64,000 bases of DNA from an uncultured Bacteroidota bacterium (lineage in GTDB: Bacteria > Bacteroidota > Bacteroidia > Flavobacteriales > BACL11), in the NCBI GenBank assembly GCA_902579065.1, contig CACHFI010000001.1, forward strand, positions 4,152-68,151, in the 5' to 3' direction. Positions within the stretch are counted from its first letter, which is position 1. Every line of letters begins with the position of its first letter. Of this stretch, positions 11,365 through 19,996 are shown piece after piece. Position numbers and translations under genes: made by a program. A model generated the notes under the pieces. The model was given only the letters and a program-made list of their open reading frames with translations, was not told the origin of the DNA and made no database searches.

Positions 11365-12113
11365 ATGTAAATACTAATTCATATACAGTTGGTTTTGCGT
11401 GTGCAATGGTTGTTATTGTTGCTGCACTACTTGCATCAATGTCTATTCAATTAACTCCTCTTCAAGATAGAAACATTGAGCTTGAAAAGAAACAAAATAT
11501 TTTACAATCAGTCGGGGTCTACGTTGACAGAGAATCTTCAGAATCTTCATACAGTCAATATATTAAAGAAGAATTAGTCTTAGATAATCAAGGAAATGTT
11601 TTAGAAGGATCAGCATTTGATATTGATCTTGGTGATGAGTTAAGAAAAGATATAAAGGATCAAAAATTACCACTTTATATTAGTTTATTAGAAGATAGTT
11701 CGAAATGTTATATTATTCCACTCAGAGGAAAAGGGTTATGGGGTCCAATTTGGGGTTATATAGCTCTTAAAGAAGATGTAAATACAGTATTTGGAGCAGT
11801 ATTTGCTCACAAAGCTGAAACACCTGGACTTGGAGCTGAGATTAATCAAGGATTTTTTCAAGAACCATTTAAAGATAAAAAGATATATAATTCAGATGAC
11901 GAATTTGTTTCAATAACTGTTAAAAAAGGAGGAGCTCCAAAGGGAAGTTTACATGATGTAGATGCAATTTCTGGTGGAACAATAACCTCTGATGGTGTAA
12001 CAGATATGTTAAAAGAAAGAGTTGGAAGATATCTTCCATACTTGGAAAAATACAGAAAAGCAGAAACTGATACTACTTTAAATACTAACTTAATTTCTGA
12101 AGTATATGAGTAA
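11361..12113 (+). CDS. nqrC: Na+-NQR subunit C
   Basis: Has an N-terminal anchor, a KGLWGPIWGYIAL block and an FMN-attachment-like DAISGGTITS motif. It overlaps nqrB by 4 nt. Confidence 0.9.
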   Translation: MNVNTNSYTVGFACAMVVIVAALLASMSIQLTPLQDRNIELEKKQNILQSVGVYVDRESSESSYSQYIKEELVLDNQGNVLEGSAFDIDLGDELRKDIKDQKLPLYISLLEDSSKCYIIPLRGKGLWGPIWGYIALKEDVNTVFGAVFAHKAETPGLGAEINQGFFQEPFKDKKIYNSDDEFVSITVKKGGAPKGSLHDVDAISGGTITSDGVTDMLKERVGRYLPYLEKYRKAETDTTLNTNLISEVYE

Positions 12114-12750
12114 ATTTTCATTACTATCTAAAAAAAATAAGTCATTATTAACAGATCCTCTTGATGATAATAATCCAGTGACTGTACAAGTACTTGGAAT
12201 TTGTTCTGCTTTAGCAATTACTGTTCAGCTAAAGCCAGCTGTTGTAATGGCAATTTCTGTTTTATTTGTAATGTCAGTTGCTAATGTTGTAGTTTCATTA
12301 TTACGAAAATTTATTCCATCAAGAATAAGAATAATTGTACAGTTAGTTGTAATTGCTTCTTTGGTGATTATTGTAGATGAAGTTTTAAAAGCTTATGTAT
12401 ATGATGTAAGTAAAGAATTATCTGTATTTGTTGGACTAATTATTACTAACTGTATTATTATGGGTAGATTAGAAGCGTTTGCTTTAGCTAATTCACCATG
12501 GGAATCTTTTTTAGATGGTCTTGGTAATTCATTTGGATATGGTTGGATACTAATTGCAGTAGCCTTTTTCAGAGAATTATTTGGAGCAGGAACTCTTTAT
12601 GGTTATCCTGTTTTAGAAAAATTGGGTGTATACGAATTAGGTTACGAAAATAACGGAATGATGATTCTTCCTCCTATGGCTTTAGTTACTGTTGGAATAA
12701 TTATATGGGTACAGAGATCAAAAAATAAAAAACTAATAGAATCAAACTAA
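12106..12750 (+). CDS. nqrD: Na+-NQR subunit D
   Basis: NqrD/RnfE-type membrane protein ([30 protein letters not shown]). Operon position supports the call. Confidence 0.92.
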   Translation: MSKFSLLSKKNKSLLTDPLDDNNPVTVQVLGICSALAITVQLKPAVVMAISVLFVMSVANVVVSLLRKFIPSRIRIIVQLVVIASLVIIVDEVLKAYVYDVSKELSVFVGLIITNCIIMGRLEAFALANSPWESFLDGLGNSFGYGWILIAVAFFRELFGAGTLYGYPVLEKLGVYELGYENNGMMILPPMALVTVGIIIWVQRSKNKKLIESN

Positions 12751-12754
12751 TAAT

Positions 12755-13372
12755 ATGCAAGAACTAGCAAATATATTTATCAAATCTATTTTTATAGATA
12801 ATATGGTTTTTGCCTACTTTTTAGGAATGTGTTCATATCTAGCTATCTCAAAGACAGTAAAAACATCTGTTGGTATGGGGCTTGCAGTAATATTTGTTCT
12901 TTCTATTACTGTTCCGATAAATTACATTCTAGTAAATTATGTTTTAGAGAAAGGTGCATTGGTTTGGTTAGGAGAAGAATTTAAAGACATTGACCTAAGT
13001 TTTCTCTCATTTATTATGTTCATTGCAGTAATTGCTTCTATGGTTCAACTTGTAGAAATGATTGTAGAGAAATTTTCTCCAGCTTTATACAGTTCTTTAG
13101 GAATATTTCTACCGCTAATAGCAGTTAATTGTGCTATTCTCGGTGGTTCTTTATTTATGCAAGAAAGAGCATATAATTCTATGACTGAAGCAGTTGTTTT
13201 TGGTTTTGGATCTGGAATAGGCTGGTTTTTAGCAATTGTTGGTATTGCTGCTATTAGAGAAAAAATTAGATATTCTCATGTTCCTGCTCCTTTAAGGGGG
13301 TTAGGTATAACATTTATTATTACTGGTTTAATGGGAATAGCGTTTATGAGTTTTATGGGAATCAAATTATAA
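12755..13372 (+). CDS. nqrE: Na+-NQR subunit E
   Basis: NqrE/RnfA-type membrane protein ([30 protein letters not shown]). Confidence 0.92.
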   Translation: MQELANIFIKSIFIDNMVFAYFLGMCSYLAISKTVKTSVGMGLAVIFVLSITVPINYILVNYVLEKGALVWLGEEFKDIDLSFLSFIMFIAVIASMVQLVEMIVEKFSPALYSSLGIFLPLIAVNCAILGGSLFMQERAYNSMTEAVVFGFGSGIGWFLAIVGIAAIREKIRYSHVPAPLRGLGITFIITGLMGIAFMSFMGIKL

Positions 13373-13376
13373 AAAA

Positions 13377-14690
13377 ATGATTTTTTTAAGTACATTAAAA
13401 ATATTTAGTAGTATAGTAGTTTTTCTACTGTTAATTTTAACATTAATTACAATTCTTTTATTTGTTAAAACAAAACTTTCCCCTGCTGGAAAGATTAAGA
13501 TTATGATTAATGGTGAAAAAGAAATTGAAGTTGATGGTGGTAGTACTTTACTTACAACTTTAAGTGATCAGGGTATCTTTTTACCATCAGCATGTGGAGG
13601 TGGTGGAACATGTATTCAATGTACTTGTCAAGTAAACTCTGGAGGAGGAGGTATTTTACCAACTGAAGAACCTCATTTCTCTCGAAAAAAGATTGCTGAA
13701 AATTGGAGGCTTGGCTGTCAAGTTAAAGTTAAAGAAGATATGGATATTACTATTCCTGAAGAGGTTTTTGGTGTAAAGGAATGGGAAGCAACAGTTGTTT
13801 CAAACTATAATGTAGCTACATATATTAAAGAATTTATAGTTGAGATACCTCAGAATATGGATTATTTAGCAGGCGGTTACATACAGATAAAAATTCCAGA
13901 AGGAGAAGTAAAGTATGCAGACATGGATGTTACAGCACATCCTACAGATCATCCTGGTGAGCCTGAAAAGTTTGAAAAAGACTGGGCTGAAGGAACTTAT
14001 GCTATGAGAAATCTTGTCATGAAAAATGATGAAGAAATTGTTAGAGCATATTCTATGGCTTCATACCCTGCAGAAGGAAAGAAAATCATGCTGAATGTAA
14101 GAGTTGCAGCTCCACCATGGGATAGAGATAAGAATGCATGGGCTGATGTCAATCCTGGTATTGCTTCCTCATATATTTTTGGATTAAAAGAAGGGGATAA
14201 GGTAACAATTTCAGGTCCTTATGGAGAATTTTTTATAAATGAAAGTGAAGCTGAGATGCTATACATAGGTGGTGGAGCAGGAATGGCTCCTATGCGATCT
14301 CATCTTTATGAATTATTTAAAACAATTAAAACAGGAAGAAAAGTTACATTCTTTTACGGAGGAAGATCACGAGCTGAATTATTCTATATTCATTATTTTA
14401 GAGATTTGGAAAAAGACTTTCCAAACTTTAAATTTCACTTAGTACTTTCAGATGCTATACCAGAAGATAATTGGGTAGAGAAAAAGAGTTTAGATGATCC
14501 AAATGGTGACGGTTTTGTAGGTTTCGTTCATCAAGTTGTAATTGATAAGTTTTTATCTAATCATGAAGCTCCTGAAGATATTGAACTATATTTCTGTGGT
14601 CCTCCACTGATGAACCAAGCAGTGATCAAAATGGCTGATGATTGGGGTATTCCTGATGAAAATGTTCGTTTTGATGATTTTGGAGGATAA
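13377..14690 (+). CDS. nqrF: Na+-NQR subunit F
   Basis: Has an N-terminal TM helix, a plant-type 2Fe-2S motif (CGGGGTCIQCTC...C) and FAD/NADH-binding blocks (RAYSMAS, GGGAGMAPMRS, CGPP.M). Confidence 0.95.
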   Translation: MIFLSTLKIFSSIVVFLLLILTLITILLFVKTKLSPAGKIKIMINGEKEIEVDGGSTLLTTLSDQGIFLPSACGGGGTCIQCTCQVNSGGGGILPTEEPHFSRKKIAENWRLGCQVKVKEDMDITIPEEVFGVKEWEATVVSNYNVATYIKEFIVEIPQNMDYLAGGYIQIKIPEGEVKYADMDVTAHPTDHPGEPEKFEKDWAEGTYAMRNLVMKNDEEIVRAYSMASYPAEGKKIMLNVRVAAPPWDRDKNAWADVNPGIASSYIFGLKEGDKVTISGPYGEFFINESEAEMLYIGGGAGMAPMRSHLYELFKTIKTGRKVTFFYGGRSRAELFYIHYFRDLEKDFPNFKFHLVLSDAIPEDNWVEKKSLDDPNGDGFVGFVHQVVIDKFLSNHEAPEDIELYFCGPPLMNQAVIKMADDWGIPDENVRFDDFGG

Positions 14691-14693
14691 GAT

Positions 14694-14972
14694 TTACTCC
14701 TCAATCTTTTCTACTTCAGTAATTTTGAATTTATTTTTTGTTCCACCTCCATTATGTTGCTGATATTTTAATTTTTGTACACATTCAAATTCTGAATGTT
14801 TAGTACAATATATGTTTATAGATTCTTTGTTTTTTAAATAAAATATCTTTTCATAATCTTTTTTATCAAATTTATGGTGTTTCAATTTAGTATCTATAAT
14901 ATTTCCATTTGAAAAGAAAAATGAAATATTAAATAATAATCCAATTAATGTACTTAGAAAAAGAATTTTCAT
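14694..14972 (-). CDS. Small secreted or membrane hypothetical protein
   Basis: ORF with a signal-like N-terminus (MKILFLSTLIGLLFNISFFF). An alternative ATG at 14987 overlaps the folP stop by 1 nt (TAATG). No recognisable domain. Confidence 0.5.
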   Translation of the reverse strand: MKILFLSTLIGLLFNISFFFSNGNIIDTKLKHHKFDKKDYEKIFYLKNKESINIYCTKHSEFECVQKLKYQQHNGGGTKNKFKITEVEKIEE

Positions 14973-14986
14973 CTTATAAAAATACA

Positions 14987-15814
14987 TTATTTTATTTGAT
15001 TAATTATTTTAATGCATTCTACTGCTTCATTTACATCGTGAACTCTTAAGATTTTAGCTCCTTTAATTAAACTTATAGTATTTACTACTGATGTTCCATT
15101 TAGTGCTTTATTAGCTGAAACATTCAATAAATTATAAATCATTGATTTTCTAGATGCTCCTACTAGAATTGGTAAATTTATTTTTTTGAATTCAGATAGA
15201 TTTTTTAAAATTTCATAATTATGTTCTAGTGTTTTTCCAAAACCAAATCCTGGGTCAATGATAATTTTATTAAATCCAATTGATTTTAGTTTTTGTATTT
15301 TTTCATCGAAAAACATTATAATTTCAGATATTATATTTTCATAAACTGGATTGTTTTGCATTGTAAGACTATCTCCTTTCATATGCATCATTATGTATGG
15401 CACATTAAGTTCTGCAATTGTTTCAAACATATTCTTATCTAATTCTCCGGCTGAAATGTCGTTTATTATATCTGCTCCATTTTTAATGCATTCTCTGGCA
15501 ACTTTTGATCTAAAGGTGTCGATTGAGATTTTAAGATTTGGAGTGATTTTTTTAATTATTTCAATTGTTGGTATTAATCTATCTAATTCAGTTTTTTCTG
15601 AAACAGGTATAGAGCCGGGTCTTGAAGATGAAGCTCCAATATCAATAATTTTTGCTCCTTCTTGTTCAATTTTTTTAATTTGTTTTTCTATTTTATCTTT
15701 TGTTATAAATTTTCCTCCATCATAAAATGAATCGGTTGTTATGTTTAAAATTCCCATAACAATTGGTGTTGAAAAATCAATAGAATTACTCATTTCTTTT
15801 TTTACTTTTGACAT
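14987..15814 (-). CDS. folP: Dihydropteroate synthase
   Basis: Contains IVMGILNITTDSFYDGG, IIDIGA.SSRPG, DPGFGFGK and SRKS blocks. The track start at 15910 adds an implausible 32-aa leader. ATG 15814 (MSKVKKE..) or ATG 15793 (MSNSIDF..) is more likely. Confidence 0.92.
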   Translation of the reverse strand: MSKVKKEMSNSIDFSTPIVMGILNITTDSFYDGGKFITKDKIEKQIKKIEQEGAKIIDIGASSSRPGSIPVSEKTELDRLIPTIEIIKKITPNLKISIDTFRSKVARECIKNGADIINDISAGELDKNMFETIAELNVPYIMMHMKGDSLTMQNNPVYENIISEIIMFFDEKIQKLKSIGFNKIIIDPGFGFGKTLEHNYEILKNLSEFKKINLPILVGASRKSMIYNLLNVSANKALNGTSVVNTISLIKGAKILRVHDVNEAVECIKIINQIK

Positions 15815-15833
15815 AATATTTAATTTATATTTA

Positions 15834-16397
15834 ATGTCTACAAAAACTGATTCAACAATGAACGAAACAATCCTCGAATATGATTCAATAATAAAAAAAT
15901 GTGAGGACATTTTTGCTAAAAAGATGAAAGATTATGGTAGTGCTTGGAGAATATTGAGAATAAGTTCTTTAACAGATCAGATTTTTATAAAAGCACAAAG
16001 AATTAGAAGTATTGAAAGTAAAGGAACTCAAAAAATTGATGAAGGTGTTATAAATGAATTCATTGGTATTGTAAATTATTCTGTAATTGGTTTAATTCAA
16101 ATTGATTTAGGGGTTTCTGAACAACCAGAAGATTTAGAATTTAAAAAGGTTATGAATATGTTTAATAAACACGTTTTATCTTCTAAAGATTTAATGGTTA
16201 ACAAAAATCATGACTATGGTGAGGCTTGGAGAGATATGCGAGTTAGTTCTTTAACAGATCTTATTCTTCAAAAATTACTTAGAGTAAAACAAATTGAAGA
16301 CAATAATGGCAGTACTATTATTTCTGAAGGTATTGATGCAAATTATTTAGATATGCTAAATTATGCTGTTTTTGCGTTAATTAAACTAAATAAATAA
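15834..16397 (+). CDS. DUF1599-family protein containing two internal repeats
   Basis: Two copies of the same module are present: KDYGSAWRILRISSLTDQIFIKAQRIRSIE from about 15930, and HDYGEAWRDMRVSSLTDLILQKLLRVKQIE from about 16209. The start was chosen at ATG 15834. A TACTTTTG -7-like box lies at 15803..15810. Confidence 0.75.
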   Translation: MSTKTDSTMNETILEYDSIIKKCEDIFAKKMKDYGSAWRILRISSLTDQIFIKAQRIRSIESKGTQKIDEGVINEFIGIVNYSVIGLIQIDLGVSEQPEDLEFKKVMNMFNKHVLSSKDLMVNKNHDYGEAWRDMRVSSLTDLILQKLLRVKQIEDNNGSTIISEGIDANYLDMLNYAVFALIKLNK

Positions 16398-16399
16398 TT

Positions 16400-17332
16400 A
16401 TGAAAAATATTACTTTAATAGCTCGTGTTTTAATTTCAGCTTTATTTCTACTTTCTGCTGTTGCAAAATTATACCCTACACCACTATATGGAATAACAAA
16501 AGTCTTTGAAGAAGGACAGCTTATTCCTATGGGCTTTAGTAGTGATTTTGCTCCATTTTTATCAAGATTGATTATCGGTTTTGAGTTTTTTATTGCTATT
16601 GCAATTTTACAAGGACATTATATAAAGAAATTAATTATTCCATCTACAATTTTACTTTTAACAGTTTTCAGTATTGATTTATCAATAGATATTTTTGGTG
16701 GAATAGATGAAAATTGTGGTTGTTTTGGTCAATTAATTCCAATGACTCCTATTGAAGCATTTATTAAAAACATTTTTACAATTTTAATTTTGATGTTTAT
16801 ATATAGAAATGTATCTGATAAAAAGGAAAGTAGTTTTTTATTATTACTAAATGGATATTTAATTATCTCTGTTTTAATGTTTTCCCTTCTTCCAATTGCA
16901 ACGAATTCAAATAACCGTCAGGTTTCTTCATTTTCAACTTATGTTGATTCAGAATTTGATATAAATAATGGACAAAAAATATTATGTTTTTTTGATGCTG
17001 GTTGTGATCACTGTATGGATGCTGCAAAATCATTAACTGAACTTGGTTTAGAGAATCAAACATTTCCTAAAGTTCATATTGTTTTTTCTGATACTGAGGA
17101 AGATAAAATTCCTGAATTTTTAGATTATTCTGGAACTGATTTTTCATATCAGGTTATGCCATTTTATAATGAAGATGAAGAGATAAATAGTTATTTAGAA
17201 GTATTAGGATTCGAATATGAAAATCCAGTAGTAATTTATTATAACAATGGAAATCAGATGAGATTTTATGATGGAACTGGATCAAATGAATTTGATCCGG
17301 TTAAATTCAAAGATTTATTTAATTACAATTAA
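16400..17332 (+). CDS. DoxX/MauE-like membrane protein with a C-terminal thioredoxin-like domain
   Basis: The N-terminal half has about 4-5 hydrophobic helices (ARVLISALFLLSAVAKLYP...). The C-terminal soluble part has a CDHC (CxxC) motif in an ILCFFDAGCDHC context typical of a thioredoxin fold. Confidence 0.55.
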   Translation: MKNITLIARVLISALFLLSAVAKLYPTPLYGITKVFEEGQLIPMGFSSDFAPFLSRLIIGFEFFIAIAILQGHYIKKLIIPSTILLLTVFSIDLSIDIFGGIDENCGCFGQLIPMTPIEAFIKNIFTILILMFIYRNVSDKKESSFLLLLNGYLIISVLMFSLLPIATNSNNRQVSSFSTYVDSEFDINNGQKILCFFDAGCDHCMDAAKSLTELGLENQTFPKVHIVFSDTEEDKIPEFLDYSGTDFSYQVMPFYNEDEEINSYLEVLGFEYENPVVIYYNNGNQMRFYDGTGSNEFDPVKFKDLFNYN

Positions 17333-18409
17333 TTGGTTAATTTTTTATTAAAGAAAATAAGCTACTCTTTTTTAGTCATTTTTGGTGTACTTACAATAGT
17401 TTTCTTTTTATTTAATGTGCTTCCTGGTGATCCAGCCAGAATGATGTTGGACAAAAGGGAAGATTCTGAACAATTAGCAATTATTAAAAAAAAATATGGT
17501 TTTGATAAACCAATTTTTACTCAATATTTTTATTATTTAAATGATTTATCTTTTTTATCGATTCATAGTAAAAGTCAAAATGATTTTACATATTTAGATC
17601 AAAAAAAATATGATTCAACAATACTTTTTGAATTTAACAATTTTTCAATAGTTTTTAAAAAACCTTACTTAAGAACTTCCTTTATTAAATCAAATTTAAA
17701 AGTTTCAAAAATTATTAAAACCACTTTTCCAAATACATTTGTTCTAGCATTATTAGCTATACTTTTTGGATTAATTTTTGGACTTATTTTAGGAGTTTTT
17801 TCAGCACTAAATAAAGATTCTATATTGGATAAGATAATTCTTTATTTTTCGGTTTTGGGAATGGCTCTACCATCATTTTTTAGTGCAATAATAATTGCTT
17901 GGGTTTTTGGATATTTATTAAATACATATACTGGTTTAAATATGACTGGTAGTCTTTATGAAATTGATGATTATGGAATTGGAAGAACCATACAGTTTAA
18001 AAATATAATATTACCTGCAATTACTTTAGGTATAAGACCTTTAGCTGTTATCATTCAATTAAGTAGAAATTCCTTATTAGAGGTTCTTTCAATGGACTAT
18101 ATTAGAACTGCAAAGGCAAAAGGTCTAAATAGGTTTGTTGTTGTTTTTAAGCATGCATTGTGGAATTCATTAAACCCTGTAATAACTGCAGTTTCTGGAT
18201 GGTTTGCATCATTACTAGCAGGAGCTGTATTTGTTGAATATATTTTTGCTTGGAATGGTCTTGGAAAAGAAATTGTTGATGCTTTAAATAATATGGATTT
18301 GCCAGTTGTCATGGGTTCTGTAATATTTATATCATTAATTTTTGTTATTATTAATATATTAGTTGACTTATTATATGCGTGGATAGATCCACGAGTTAGA
18401 ATAGAATAA
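17333..18409 (+). CDS. ABC transporter permease, OppB/DppB (binding-protein-dependent) family
   Basis: The N-terminus LLKKISYSFLVIFGVLTIVFFLFNVLPGDPA and the EAA-like loop DYIRTAKAKGL are typical of this family. The only in-frame start before the first TM helix is TTG 17333, directly after the upstream stop. Confidence 0.8.
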   Translation: MVNFLLKKISYSFLVIFGVLTIVFFLFNVLPGDPARMMLDKREDSEQLAIIKKKYGFDKPIFTQYFYYLNDLSFLSIHSKSQNDFTYLDQKKYDSTILFEFNNFSIVFKKPYLRTSFIKSNLKVSKIIKTTFPNTFVLALLAILFGLIFGLILGVFSALNKDSILDKIILYFSVLGMALPSFFSAIIIAWVFGYLLNTYTGLNMTGSLYEIDDYGIGRTIQFKNIILPAITLGIRPLAVIIQLSRNSLLEVLSMDYIRTAKAKGLNRFVVVFKHALWNSLNPVITAVSGWFASLLAGAVFVEYIFAWNGLGKEIVDALNNMDLPVVMGSVIFISLIFVIINILVDLLYAWIDPRVRIE

Positions 18410-18413
18410 AATT

Positions 18414-19166
18414 ATGAGAAAAAAAATTGTTGCTGGTAATTGGAAAATGAATTTAGATAAGATCAGTTCTAAAAATTTAGTTTTAGAAATTTTGGATAAG
18501 ACCGATAATAATGATATAAATATCATTATATCTCCTCCCTTTATTTATTTAGAAGATTCTGTAAAAGACTGTTTAAGAAGAGATAATGTTTTAATTGCTG
18601 CTCAGAATTGTAGTAGTTATGACAATGGAGCATATACAGGAGAAGTTTCAGCTAAAATGTTAAGTACTATTGGCGTTGATTATGTTATTATAGGTCACTC
18701 AGAAAGAAGACAATATTTTAACGAATCCAATGAAGTATTAAATGATAAATTAACTCAAGCTATATCAAATAATTTAAAGATCATTTTTTGTTGTGGAGAG
18801 GATTTAGAGCAAAGAGAAAATAATGAATATTTTGATGTAATTAAGGATCAGTTAAATTCAACAATTTTTTTATTATCTAAAGAAAACTTTAGAAATATAG
18901 TAATTGCATATGAACCCATTTGGGCAATTGGAACGGGTAAAACAGCGAGTTCAGATCAAGCTCAAGAGATACACTTTTATATTCGATCCTTGATTAAGGA
19001 TAAATATGGAGATAAAATAAGTAACGAAACAAGTATATTATATGGGGGAAGTTGTAAACCTTCTAATTCATTAGAAATATTTTCTCAACATGATATAGAT
19101 GGGGGGTTGATTGGAGGAGCTTCATTAAATTCAACAGATTTTGTATCAATAATTAAATCTCTATAA
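18414..19166 (+). CDS. tpiA: Triosephosphate isomerase
   Basis: Contains AGNWKMN, IIGHSERR, AYEPIWAIGTGKTAS and GGASL motifs. Confidence 0.95.
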   Translation: MRKKIVAGNWKMNLDKISSKNLVLEILDKTDNNDINIIISPPFIYLEDSVKDCLRRDNVLIAAQNCSSYDNGAYTGEVSAKMLSTIGVDYVIIGHSERRQYFNESNEVLNDKLTQAISNNLKIIFCCGEDLEQRENNEYFDVIKDQLNSTIFLLSKENFRNIVIAYEPIWAIGTGKTASSDQAQEIHFYIRSLIKDKYGDKISNETSILYGGSCKPSNSLEIFSQHDIDGGLIGGASLNSTDFVSIIKSL

Positions 19167-19996
19167 TGCAATATACAGAGGTAGACATTACACTTGAAAA
19201 AACTGTTCCATTCTCTGAAATAATTATAGCAAAACTAGATATCTTAAAATTTGATACTTTCCAAGAACATGATAATGGATTAAAATGTTATATACAAACA
19301 AATCTTTTAGACAAACAAAAATTGTCAAAGATTTTGGATGATGTTTCAAATCAAACAAAATTGGAATATTCATTAAGAAAAATGCCTGAAAAAAATTGGA
19401 ATTTGGAATGGGAAAAAAATTTCCAACCAATTGAAATTAATTCAAAGTGCTTTATTCGCTCAAATTTTCATGATCATAATGGCACATATGATCATGAAAT
19501 TATAATTACGCCAAAAATGTCATTTGGAACTGGTCATCATGAAACAACTTTTCTCATGATTAACAAAATGTATGATTTAAATTTCTCAAAAAAATCTGTT
19601 TTAGATATGGGTTGTGGTACTGGGATTCTTTCTATCTTATCGCATAAAATGGGGGCCAATAATGTACTTGGTATAGATATAGATGAATGGGCATATAAAA
19701 ACTCTTTAGAAAATTCAGTTTTAAATAAAATTCATGACATTGAATTTATTAAAGGAGATATTAATTCAATTAATAATTTTTCTTTTGATATAATACTTGC
19801 AAATATTAATAGAAACATAATTTTACAAGATCTCTCAGAATATTATAAATTATTAAGTAATGATGGGGAGATATTAATTTCAGGTTTTTTAAAGGAAGAT
19901 ATAGAGAAGATATCTAACGCTGCTTTGAAATTAGGAATAGTCATAATAAATAAAAAGAATAAAGGAAAATGGTATTTAATGCATTTAAAAAAGTAG
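19166..19996 (+). CDS. prmA: Ribosomal protein L11 methyltransferase
   Basis: PrmA-like layout with the FGTGHHETT block and a SAM-binding DMGCGTGILSI motif. Confidence 0.88.
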   Translation: MQYTEVDITLEKTVPFSEIIIAKLDILKFDTFQEHDNGLKCYIQTNLLDKQKLSKILDDVSNQTKLEYSLRKMPEKNWNLEWEKNFQPIEINSKCFIRSNFHDHNGTYDHEIIITPKMSFGTGHHETTFLMINKMYDLNFSKKSVLDMGCGTGILSILSHKMGANNVLGIDIDEWAYKNSLENSVLNKIHDIEFIKGDINSINNFSFDIILANINRNIILQDLSEYYKLLSNDGEILISGFLKEDIEKISNAALKLGIVIINKKNKGKWYLMHLKK

